Positions 21,630 to 28,982 of a stretch of 64,000 nucleotides of DNA are shown one piece after another (the first letter of the stretch is position 1; the number at the start of each line of letters is the position of its first letter). This DNA is from Bacteroides sp. (lineage in GTDB: Bacteria > Bacteroidota > Bacteroidia > Bacteroidales > UBA7960), in the NCBI GenBank assembly GCA_036351255.1, contig JAZBOS010000109.1:64039-128038 (forward strand), read 5' to 3'. The position numbers and the translations under genes were made by a program. A model generated the notes under the pieces. The model was not told where the DNA came from and searched no databases. It worked only from the letters and a program-made list of their open reading frames with translations.

Positions 21630-21682
21630 GTTTATACGGTTTAAACCGTATAAACTCCGTTTTAACTCCGTATTAACCATGA
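21630..21682. repeat. Repeat element B: 26-bp perfect palindrome plus 11-bp tandem units
   Basis: gtttatacggttt|aaaccgtataaac occupies 21630-21655, followed by ataaactccgt / tttaactccgt / attaaccatga in 11-bp register. It matches element C at 39 of 41 positions across cggtttaaaccg..attaac. Confidence 0.8.
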
Positions 21683-21981
21683 CCCTGGTCTGGACCTTTA
21701 AGGGTTCAAACAGGGTATTGGCCTTTGCTGCTTTTTGATTGGTATCAGAGATGATAAATTGTATTTCAGGGGGAAGTTTTGGATTTTTCTTTGGAAGATG
21801 GAATCAAAACCCAGCAGTGACTTTTATCTGAAATTCCTCCCGATGGAGAATGGCGTTTGGTTCCCGGTTGTATTCTTACCAGGTTGATTTTCTGAGTGGT
21901 TTTGAGAAGGAAGTAAGTATTATGAAAAGGGTCCCCCTGGAAAACTAAGGCGAAAGAATCCCGGATGGATTATTTTTTAGA

Positions 21982-22422
21982 TTAAAAGAACCGGAATACT
22001 CTCAGCAAGTCCTCTTCATTCTCTCCAAACCAAAGCAACAGGTATTGCCCGCGAATCTTGGCGTCGTCCTTGATTTGCTGCCAGGTTACCTCTTTCGACT
22101 GGTCTCCGTTTTCCACATTAAAAGTGACTTGCTCCCTGACATAGGACTCCAGCTCAGCGAGCGCTTTTTCGGGATCTTTTCCTTCTTTTATCTTGAATAC
22201 AAAAGCATTTAGGTAGTCGTCATTGTAAACCAGCAAGTCATCTACCCCGATCAGGGTCAGGGCCATTCTCTCCAGTTTGCTGTTGGGTTGCCAATACTCT
22301 CCGGCATAACCATTGGCCATCATTCTTTCCTTCAGGGAATTCAAATTTCCGGGCTCCTGCTGGCAGGATATAATGCTTAGCAATACAATACTGAAAATGA
22401 TAAATCCTCTTAGGCTTTTCAT
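21982..22422 (-). CDS. Hypothetical lipoprotein
   Basis: The start is set at MKSLRGFIIFSIVLLSIISC (lipobox-like LSIISC). I recognise no family. It lies 96 nt downstream of dnaE2 on the same strand. Confidence 0.6.
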   Translation of the reverse strand: MKSLRGFIIFSIVLLSIISCQQEPGNLNSLKERMMANGYAGEYWQPNSKLERMALTLIGVDDLLVYNDDYLNAFVFKIKEGKDPEKALAELESYVREQVTFNVENGDQSKEVTWQQIKDDAKIRGQYLLLWFGENEEDLLRVFRFF

Positions 22423-22518
22423 AATAACTTGTTTTTGCGAAGATAGTATAAAAGAAGATTTTTGGGAACAGGTTTTTGGACTTCCCATATTTTCTTCCTT
22501 CTAACCCTTGATTTTTCT

Positions 22519-25452
22519 TTATCCTCTTGGGTCTGGTTTCATCGGCAGGCGGGCCATTTTCTCTACGGTCAGCGAGGGATAGCCAAACTCTTCGGTGATG
22601 GTGCCCAACAGCAGATAAATGCCGTTTCCCCGGAAGGGCCAGGCTTTTGAGGTCGCAGGGAAATGCACCGTATCGAAGAAGTTGCCCTGCACATCGAGGA
22701 AGCAGCCGAAATGCATCATCTCACGTTTTACGGTGCGCACGTATTTGATGGTGACCAGCCAGCCGACCATACGCACCTTGCGCCCCAGCTGCTGCAGCAT
22801 CTCGTTGGCCATTACCTCGCCACGGAAGTCACTCTTCACCAGGTCGAAGGGGCTCATCGATACGGTGAAACCCAGCAGCTCCATCTCATCGTAGGCATCC
22901 TGAACGGGGTCGGTCTCGGGTGCAGGGAAATGAAAGGCCTTTTCCTGTGCCGTGAAGAGCATCGGACCCGGGGCAGGCTTTTTGCCAGCCAGCAGGTGGG
23001 CTTTCCACATCAGCTGCGCCTTGGCAATGCCCGTGAAACGGAAGGCGTTGACGCGAATCAGCAGGATAAGCTGTTCGAGTCCGCAGCCTGTGCGGCGGGC
23101 AAAGTCCTCCAGCCCCAGGTAGGGCCCGCCTGCATCGCGCTCTGCGCTGATGAGTTGGGCCACCTTATATTCGAGGTTCTGGATGTGTACAAAGCCGATG
23201 TAAATGTCCTTCCCGTAAATAGTGGTGGTGTAGTTGCTGTGGTTCACGCAGGGCAGCTCGATGCTGGCCCCGTTGCGTTTAGCCTCGTTGAAATAGACGG
23301 GGCTCTGGTAGAATCCGCCAAAGTTGTTGATGACGGCGGTCATGAATTCCCTTGGGTAATAGGCTTTCAGGTAAAGGCTTTGATAGCTCTCCACCGCAAA
23401 AGAAGCTGAGTGTGCCTTCGAAAAGGAATAGCCTGCAAAGGACTCGATCTGACGCCACACCTCTTGTGTGAGGCTTTCGGGATAACCCCTGGCACGGCAG
23501 TTCTCGAAAAAACGATCGACGATGCGCTGCATCTCCTTCTTCGAGCGATACTTTCCGCTCATGGCCCGCCGCAACACATCGGCATCCGCCAGGTCAAGTC
23601 CGGCAAAGTGGTGGCAGACCTTGATCACATCCTCCTGGTAAACCATCACCCCGTAGGTTTCCTTCAACTGCTGTTCCATTACGGGATGGAGATACTGAAA
23701 GCCATTGGGGTTATGGAAGCGCTGGATATACTCGCGCATCATCCCTGAGCGGGCCACCCCCGGACGGATGATGGAGCTGGCGGCCACCAGGCTGATGTAG
23801 TTGTCGCAACGCAGCTTCGTGAGCAGGCCACGCATGGCAGGGCTCTCTACATAGAAGCAGCCCGTGGTCTCGCCCGATCGCAACAGGGCCTTGACCTTCT
23901 CATCCTTTTTAAACTGTTCCACCTGGTGCACGTCCACGCTGACGCCGTGGTTCTTTCTAACGATTTGGGCGCATTCGTTGATGTGGCCGATGCCGCGCTG
24001 GCTCAGGATATCGATTTTCTCAAAGGCGAGATCTTCGGCCGTATACATATCCCACTGTACGGTGGGCAAGCCTTTTGGGGGCATATCGAGGGCTGAGTAA
24101 CAGCAGATGGGCTCCTCGGAGATAAGCACCCCCCCAGCGTGTATGCTGCGCATATTGGGAAAGTCGGCCAGCTGTTCGGCCATTTCAAAGATGCGGGCCC
24201 CCACAGCGTCAGGCTCGCTTCGCGCCTCGTGGTTCGACACCAGCACATCGATTTCGGCCTTGGGTAACCCGAGCACCTTGCCTAGTTCACGAATCATGCT
24301 GCGGTCGCGAAAGGTGGTGATGGTGCCCAACAGGGCGGTATGCTCGTGACCATAGCGCTTGAAGATGTAGTCGAGCACCTGGTCGCGTTCCTTCCACGAG
24401 TAGTCAATGTCGAAATCGGGAGGCGAGGAGCGCTTGGGGTTTATGAAACGCTCAAAATAGAGATCGAGTTCTATGGGATCCACATCGGTGATGCGCAGGC
24501 AATAAGCCACAATGCTGTTGGCTCCGCTGCCCCGTCCCACGTGGTAAAAGCCGCGTGACATCGAATAGCGGATGATGTCCCAGGTGATGAGGAAGTAGGA
24601 CGAGAAGCCCAGCTTGTCGATGACCTCCAGTTCGTGCTGTACCCGCCTCAGGGCTTCCTTATTTTTCTTCCCGTAGCGGTATTCCATCCCGTCCATCGCC
24701 AGCTTGGTGAGCAGGGCACGGTCATCGGTTGGGTGGCCGGTGAAGGTCTTCTTGTTTTTGGGTGCCCGGAAGTCAAAGTCCATATGACACTGCCCGAGGA
24801 GCTTCTCGGCATTGATGATGAGTTGCGGGAAGTTTTCAAAGCGCTGGCAAAGTGCCTCAGGGGAGGGGAAGGTCTCTTCCGGATGGCCTATTTGCCGTGG
24901 CTGCAGCAGGCTGATCACCAGGTTGTGATCGATGGCGCGCAGGTGGCGGTGCAACTCATATTCTTTTTCTGAAAGGAATGTAACCGCCTGCAGGGCCACC
25001 AGCTTTTCGGTGTGATGCCGCAGGGAAGAGGTGGAGAGGCGGGTGAGGTCATGCGACCGCAGGCCGATGTACTCGTGTTTGCCCGCAGGCAATGGGGTCT
25101 TTTCCCCGAAAGGGTAAATGACAAAGGTATGTTCGCACACCGGGTAGCGTGAAGGAAAAGCCGAGTGGCTGATGTTGTGGTTGCTGAGGAAGGCGTTGAT
25201 GCGTCGGAAACCTTCGGAATCGCGTGCCAGCACCACATAAAGCAAGTGATCACCCTTGCGGAACTCCATCCCGGCCACTGGCGCAATGCCCTGTTCTTTG
25301 CAGAGCTTCACAAAGTCGGGCATGGCCGTAGCATTGTTGATGTCGGTCAGGGCCATCCGCTCAACACCCATCTTGCCGGCCAGCTCTACCAGTGTTTCCG
25401 GGCTTATGGTGCCATAGCGGAGGCTGTAATATGTGTGGCAGTTGAGGTACAT
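22519..25452 (-). CDS. dnaE2: Error-prone DNA polymerase III alpha-like subunit (DnaE2-type)
   Basis: It has the PHP domain start MYLNCHTYYSLRYGTISPE, a polymerase core and an OB region, and is about 977 aa. It has no tau/beta-binding C-terminal extension and is paired with a Y-family polymerase. The start is set at the ATG at 25452. Confidence 0.88.
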   Translation of the reverse strand: MYLNCHTYYSLRYGTISPETLVELAGKMGVERMALTDINNATAMPDFVKLCKEQGIAPVAGMEFRKGDHLLYVVLARDSEGFRRINAFLSNHNISHSAFPSRYPVCEHTFVIYPFGEKTPLPAGKHEYIGLRSHDLTRLSTSSLRHHTEKLVALQAVTFLSEKEYELHRHLRAIDHNLVISLLQPRQIGHPEETFPSPEALCQRFENFPQLIINAEKLLGQCHMDFDFRAPKNKKTFTGHPTDDRALLTKLAMDGMEYRYGKKNKEALRRVQHELEVIDKLGFSSYFLITWDIIRYSMSRGFYHVGRGSGANSIVAYCLRITDVDPIELDLYFERFINPKRSSPPDFDIDYSWKERDQVLDYIFKRYGHEHTALLGTITTFRDRSMIRELGKVLGLPKAEIDVLVSNHEARSEPDAVGARIFEMAEQLADFPNMRSIHAGGVLISEEPICCYSALDMPPKGLPTVQWDMYTAEDLAFEKIDILSQRGIGHINECAQIVRKNHGVSVDVHQVEQFKKDEKVKALLRSGETTGCFYVESPAMRGLLTKLRCDNYISLVAASSIIRPGVARSGMMREYIQRFHNPNGFQYLHPVMEQQLKETYGVMVYQEDVIKVCHHFAGLDLADADVLRRAMSGKYRSKKEMQRIVDRFFENCRARGYPESLTQEVWRQIESFAGYSFSKAHSASFAVESYQSLYLKAYYPREFMTAVINNFGGFYQSPVYFNEAKRNGASIELPCVNHSNYTTTIYGKDIYIGFVHIQNLEYKVAQLISAERDAGGPYLGLEDFARRTGCGLEQLILLIRVNAFRFTGIAKAQLMWKAHLLAGKKPAPGPMLFTAQEKAFHFPAPETDPVQDAYDEMELLGFTVSMSPFDLVKSDFRGEVMANEMLQQLGRKVRMVGWLVTIKYVRTVKREMMHFGCFLDVQGNFFDTVHFPATSKAWPFRGNGIYLLLGTITEEFGYPSLTVEKMARLPMKPDPRG

Positions 25453-25465
25453 AAACAGATTATGC

Positions 25466-25661
25466 GGATTTTTACGGATTACGCTGATTAAAGTAAAGTG
25501 CCAAGGGCATGGGGCATGGAGCAAAGGGCACCGAGTAAAAGGCGTGGGGCATGGAGTCAAGGGCAAGGGGTAGAGGATATGGTGGATGGTGGCGTACAAT
25601 CAACCTTGAATCTTGAACTTTAAACTTTGAACCTTGAACCCCTAACTCCAAACGTCCTACC
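25466..25661. repeat. Array of 28 in-phase degenerate heptanucleotides filling the dinB-dnaE2 spacer
   Basis: The plus strand reads ..ccaaggg catgggg catggag caaaggg caccgag taaaagg cgtgggg catggag tcaaggg caagggg tagagga tatggtg gatggtg gcgtaca atcaacc ttgaatc ttgaact ttaaact ttgaacc ttgaacc cctaact ccaaacg tcctacc. No indel breaks the phase. Confidence 0.9.
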
Positions 25662-26819
25662 TTATCCAGGAGTCATCGCCACCCCGCGGTGTACAGCTCC
25701 TTCGCCGTGTTTGCGGCGCATGCGGTCGATGGCCTGGTAGAGGCTGATCAGTTCGGGGGTTTCCTCGAACATGTTGAGCTGCTGTACGCCGCGTACCAGG
25801 CGGGTGAACTGCACCCCCACCAGGCGTATGAGCATACGGCGGGTGTAGAGCCTGCGGAACAGCTCCTTGCACACGGGGATGAGGATGTGGTCGAAGGAGG
25901 TGTAGGGCACGGTTTGTTGCAGGGTATGAGTATCGAAGTTGGCGTAGCGTATCTTTACCGTTACGCAGCCGGTGAGCTGCTGTTTCTTGCGTAGCCTGAA
26001 GGCCTGCTGCTCACACATACGCACCAGCAAGTCGTTGATATAGGCAATGTCGATGGTATCCGTTTCAAAGGTGGTCTCGGTGCCGATAGACTTGCGTTCA
26101 CTCCACGACTGTACTGGACTGTTATCGATGCCATTGGCGCGCTGCCAGATTAGCTTGCCGTTCTTGCCCATCATGTTTTCCATCACTTCGGCTGGGATAC
26201 GGCTCAGGGTGCCTATGGTGGCAATGCCCATGGTGCGCAGGGTGTAATAGGTCTTCGAACCGATCATCGGAATCTTGCGGATCGACAGGGGGTCAAGAAA
26301 AGAATGCACCAGGGGCTGCTCCACCTGGATCTGCCCGTTGGGTTTGGCTTCGCCCGTGGCGATCTTCGACACGGTCTTGTTCATCGAAAGGCCCATGGAG
26401 ATTGGCAGGCCCGTTTCTTTGATGATGGTATGCCGCAGTTCTGAAGCCCATTTGTAGCAACCGAAGAAGCGGTCCATGCCCGTGATATCCAGGTAATGCT
26501 CGTCGATGGAGGCCTTCTCGAATACAGGTGCCCGCTCGGCGATGATCTGGGTAATGATGTTCGAGTATTTGCTGTAGCTCTCCAGGTCGCCGCGGATGAA
26601 GATGGCATCGTTGCAAAGGTTGCGGGCCAGCTTCATGGGCATAGCCGAATGCACCCCGAATTGCCGTGCCTCATAGCTGCAGCTTGCCACCACCCCCCGG
26701 TCGCCCATGCCGCCAATGATCACGGGCTTGCCTGTGAGGCTGCTGTTGTGCAGGCGCTCTACCGACACAAAGAAAGTGTCCTGATCGAGATGGGCTATGG
26801 TGCGCGATGTGGTATCCAT
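25662..26819 (-). CDS. dinB: Y-family DNA polymerase (DinB / Pol IV-like, catalytic residues intact)
   Basis: It has HLDQDTFFVSVE (D-x-D-x-F-F) and SIDEHYLDITG (the catalytic D-E pair), which are typical of active DinB and not of ImuB. It is 385 aa. Confidence 0.88.
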   Translation of the reverse strand: MDTTSRTIAHLDQDTFFVSVERLHNSSLTGKPVIIGGMGDRGVVASCSYEARQFGVHSAMPMKLARNLCNDAIFIRGDLESYSKYSNIITQIIAERAPVFEKASIDEHYLDITGMDRFFGCYKWASELRHTIIKETGLPISMGLSMNKTVSKIATGEAKPNGQIQVEQPLVHSFLDPLSIRKIPMIGSKTYYTLRTMGIATIGTLSRIPAEVMENMMGKNGKLIWQRANGIDNSPVQSWSERKSIGTETTFETDTIDIAYINDLLVRMCEQQAFRLRKKQQLTGCVTVKIRYANFDTHTLQQTVPYTSFDHILIPVCKELFRRLYTRRMLIRLVGVQFTRLVRGVQQLNMFEETPELISLYQAIDRMRRKHGEGAVHRGVAMTPG

Positions 26820-26890
26820 AAAAAAATTGTACTAAAATGCTTGCAGTTACAAAAAATGTTTTAACTTTGATTAGTAAATGATCAAAATAC

Positions 26891-26907
26891 TGATTATAAT
26901 ATAATCA
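26891..26907. promoter_or_regulatory. Perfect 17-bp palindrome TGATTATA-A-TATAATCA in the divergent dinB / lexA-like promoter region (candidate operator)
   Basis: I checked the palindrome base by base. It lies centrally in the 241-bp divergent intergenic region. Confidence 0.3.
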
Positions 26908-27060
26908 AATAGCAGGCAAAAAGAAAAGATCTGGCGCTTATTTTTTCAGTGCAGGACTTAAGTCCGGGGGTGATAAACGGTCGTACAGGAACTTTCAGAT
27001 GTGATTGCAACCAAGGATCATTCAGCGGGCGTTGGCCCGGCAATATAAAAACACACAACC

Positions 27061-27906
27061 ATGAGCTTTTTTGGATCAAACATTAAATTATTGCGCAAGC
27101 GCCGGGGCCGTACCCAGGACGATGTGGCCTTTCTGCTTGAGATGAAGCGCCCCACCCTGAGCGGCTATGAGAACGGGGTAGCCCAGCCCGGCCTCGAGGC
27201 CCTGGTGGCCTTCTCGAAGTATTATAATGTGTCCATTGACACCCTGGTAAAAGTGGATCTCTCGCAGTTGAGCGAGAGCCAGCTCTCTCAGCTCGAGCGT
27301 GGTTACGATATCTTTGTTACGGGCAGCAAGCTGCGTGTACTGGCTACCACCATCGATAATCACAACGAAGAGAACATCGAAATGGTGTCGGAGAAGGCCA
27401 AGGCGGGTTATCGCACCGGCTTTGCCGATCCCGAGTTCATCAAGGTGCTGCCCACCTTCCAGATGCCTTTCCTGTCGAAGCAAAAAAAGTATCGCTCCTT
27501 CCAGATCTCGGGCGACAGCATGCTGCCCATCCCCGAAGGGTCGTGGGTCACCTGTGAGTTCGTGCAGAACTGGAACCTTATCCGCGACCGCCACGCCTAT
27601 GTCATCCATACCCTCAACGATGGGGTGGTGTTTAAGGTGGTGGAAAACCTCATTAAAACCGAAGGAAAGTTGCGGCTGCATTCACTGAACCCCATCTATG
27701 AACCCTACGAGGTTCACGTGAACGACATCCGCGAGGTGTGGAAGTTCGTCAACTTCATCAGCAGCCAGATCCCTGAGGCTAACTCGCCCGTTGATCAGCT
27801 TTCCAACCAGTTCTCTCAGTTGAAAAAGGAAGTGGAATCCATCAAGAGCAAGCTGAAAAAACAAAACCCCTCCCAGGGAAAAACGGGCAAGCTTTTTGAC
27901 GATTAA
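27061..27906 (+). CDS. XRE/CI-type HTH + S24 peptidase repressor (LexA-like, non-canonical)
   Basis: The N-terminal HTH is IKLLRKRRGRTQDDVAFLLEMKRPTLSGYENG. There is a possible Ala-Gly cleavage site in EKAKAGYR, the S24 Ser motif ISGDSMLP, and a downstream Lys (VVFKVV). A C-terminal tail of about 50 aa looks coiled-coil-like. Confidence 0.85.
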   Translation: MSFFGSNIKLLRKRRGRTQDDVAFLLEMKRPTLSGYENGVAQPGLEALVAFSKYYNVSIDTLVKVDLSQLSESQLSQLERGYDIFVTGSKLRVLATTIDNHNEENIEMVSEKAKAGYRTGFADPEFIKVLPTFQMPFLSKQKKYRSFQISGDSMLPIPEGSWVTCEFVQNWNLIRDRHAYVIHTLNDGVVFKVVENLIKTEGKLRLHSLNPIYEPYEVHVNDIREVWKFVNFISSQIPEANSPVDQLSNQFSQLKKEVESIKSKLKKQNPSQGKTGKLFDD

Positions 27907-27912
27907 AAGCAG

Positions 27913-27962
27913 GCCGGCCCTCCGCAACTTTCTGTGAAAGCTTCGGAAGGCCGGCTATTTTT
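27913..27962 (+). terminator. Hairpin terminator between the lexA-like gene and the convergent PNP gene
   Basis: gccggccctccg / cggaaggccggc forms a 12-bp stem with one mismatch and is followed by tattttta. Confidence 0.5.
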
Positions 27963-27984
27963 AAGTTCGTTCAGAAAGGCTGTT

Positions 27985-28800
27985 TTACAGGCTTTTTATC
28001 ATTTCGGTGAAGATCAGGGTCATGTTCTGCTCGGCGATCTGTGCAACGTTTTGCACTTCTTCGTGGCTGGTAGGTTTATCGGTATCGGCAGGCTTGGCCA
28101 GGTTGGTGATGATTGAAATGCCAAAGCACTCCATCCCGGCGTGCCGCGCAACGATGACCTCGGGAACAGTTGACATCCCTGTAGAGTCTGCCCCAAGGAG
28201 CCTGAACATGTTGTATTCGGCGGGGGTCTCCAGGGTAGGGCCGGGGCTGCCGATGTAAACGCCCGACTGGAACTTGATCTTGTGATCGCGGGCGATCTTC
28301 TTTGCCCGGGCAATCAGTGCGGGATTATAGGTCTGGCTCATCTCCGGGAAACGGGTACCCAGTTCATCGATGTTCTTCCCGCGAAGGGGATTTTCGGGGA
28401 ACAGATTGATGTGGTCGCGGATGATCATCAGGTCGCCCACCTCAAAGGCCGGGTTTAGCCCTCCGGCAGCATTGGAAAGAAACAGGGTGTTGACGCCCAT
28501 CAGCTTCATTACCCTTACCGGGAAGGTGACCTGTTGCATGGGATATCCTTCATAATAATGAAAGCGCCCCTGCATAGCCATTACGTTCTTGCCTCCCAGG
28601 ACGCCGAAGATCAGCTTGCCATCGTGGCCTTCCACTGTCGAAACAGGAAAGTTTGGAACCTCACTGTAATCGAAGGTGTGCTTCACATCGATGGACTTTA
28701 CCAGGCCACCAAGACCGGAACCCAGAATAATACCTATCTCAGGGCTGAAATTCGTTTGGTCCTTTAAAAATTGCGCTGTCGATTTAATCTTTTCAAACAT
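27985..28800 (-). CDS. Purine nucleoside phosphorylase (trimeric PNP / PunA type)
   Basis: The 271-aa product contains GIILGSGLGGL..MQGRFHYYEGY..LSNAAGGLN..GMSTVPEV. Confidence 0.9.
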   Translation of the reverse strand: MFEKIKSTAQFLKDQTNFSPEIGIILGSGLGGLVKSIDVKHTFDYSEVPNFPVSTVEGHDGKLIFGVLGGKNVMAMQGRFHYYEGYPMQQVTFPVRVMKLMGVNTLFLSNAAGGLNPAFEVGDLMIIRDHINLFPENPLRGKNIDELGTRFPEMSQTYNPALIARAKKIARDHKIKFQSGVYIGSPGPTLETPAEYNMFRLLGADSTGMSTVPEVIVARHAGMECFGISIITNLAKPADTDKPTSHEEVQNVAQIAEQNMTLIFTEMIKSL

Positions 28801-28982
28801 GGGATGGAAAGTTTTGAAGGTTTGCTAAATTAGTAAAAAGATCGCTAAGCAAAAACCATTAAATTTGTTGGATTGTACCCTTGGGTGCTGGCTGAACTTT
28901 CTTCTTGCATTGCTTGTTAATGCAGGTATCAAATCTACGGGACGTAAGTATACAACCGAAATCTTTATCAAAAATTCTGGGA

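Noticed and set aside
22663-23409. A 248-aa plus-strand ORF and several other ORFs of 60-120 aa inside the dnaE2/dinB/lexA-like block (for example 25689-25994, 26496-26864 and 27088-27681)
   Set aside because: They are antisense shadows of clearly homologous genes in a GC-richer region where stop codons are rare. None has a recognisable domain.
25453-25599. A 49-aa N-terminal extension of the dnaE2 ORF (MYATIHHILYPLPLTPCPTPFTRCPLLHAPCPW..)
   Set aside because: It is just the translation of the heptanucleotide array. The conserved PHP-domain N-terminus (MYLNCHTYYSL) starts at the ATG at 25452.
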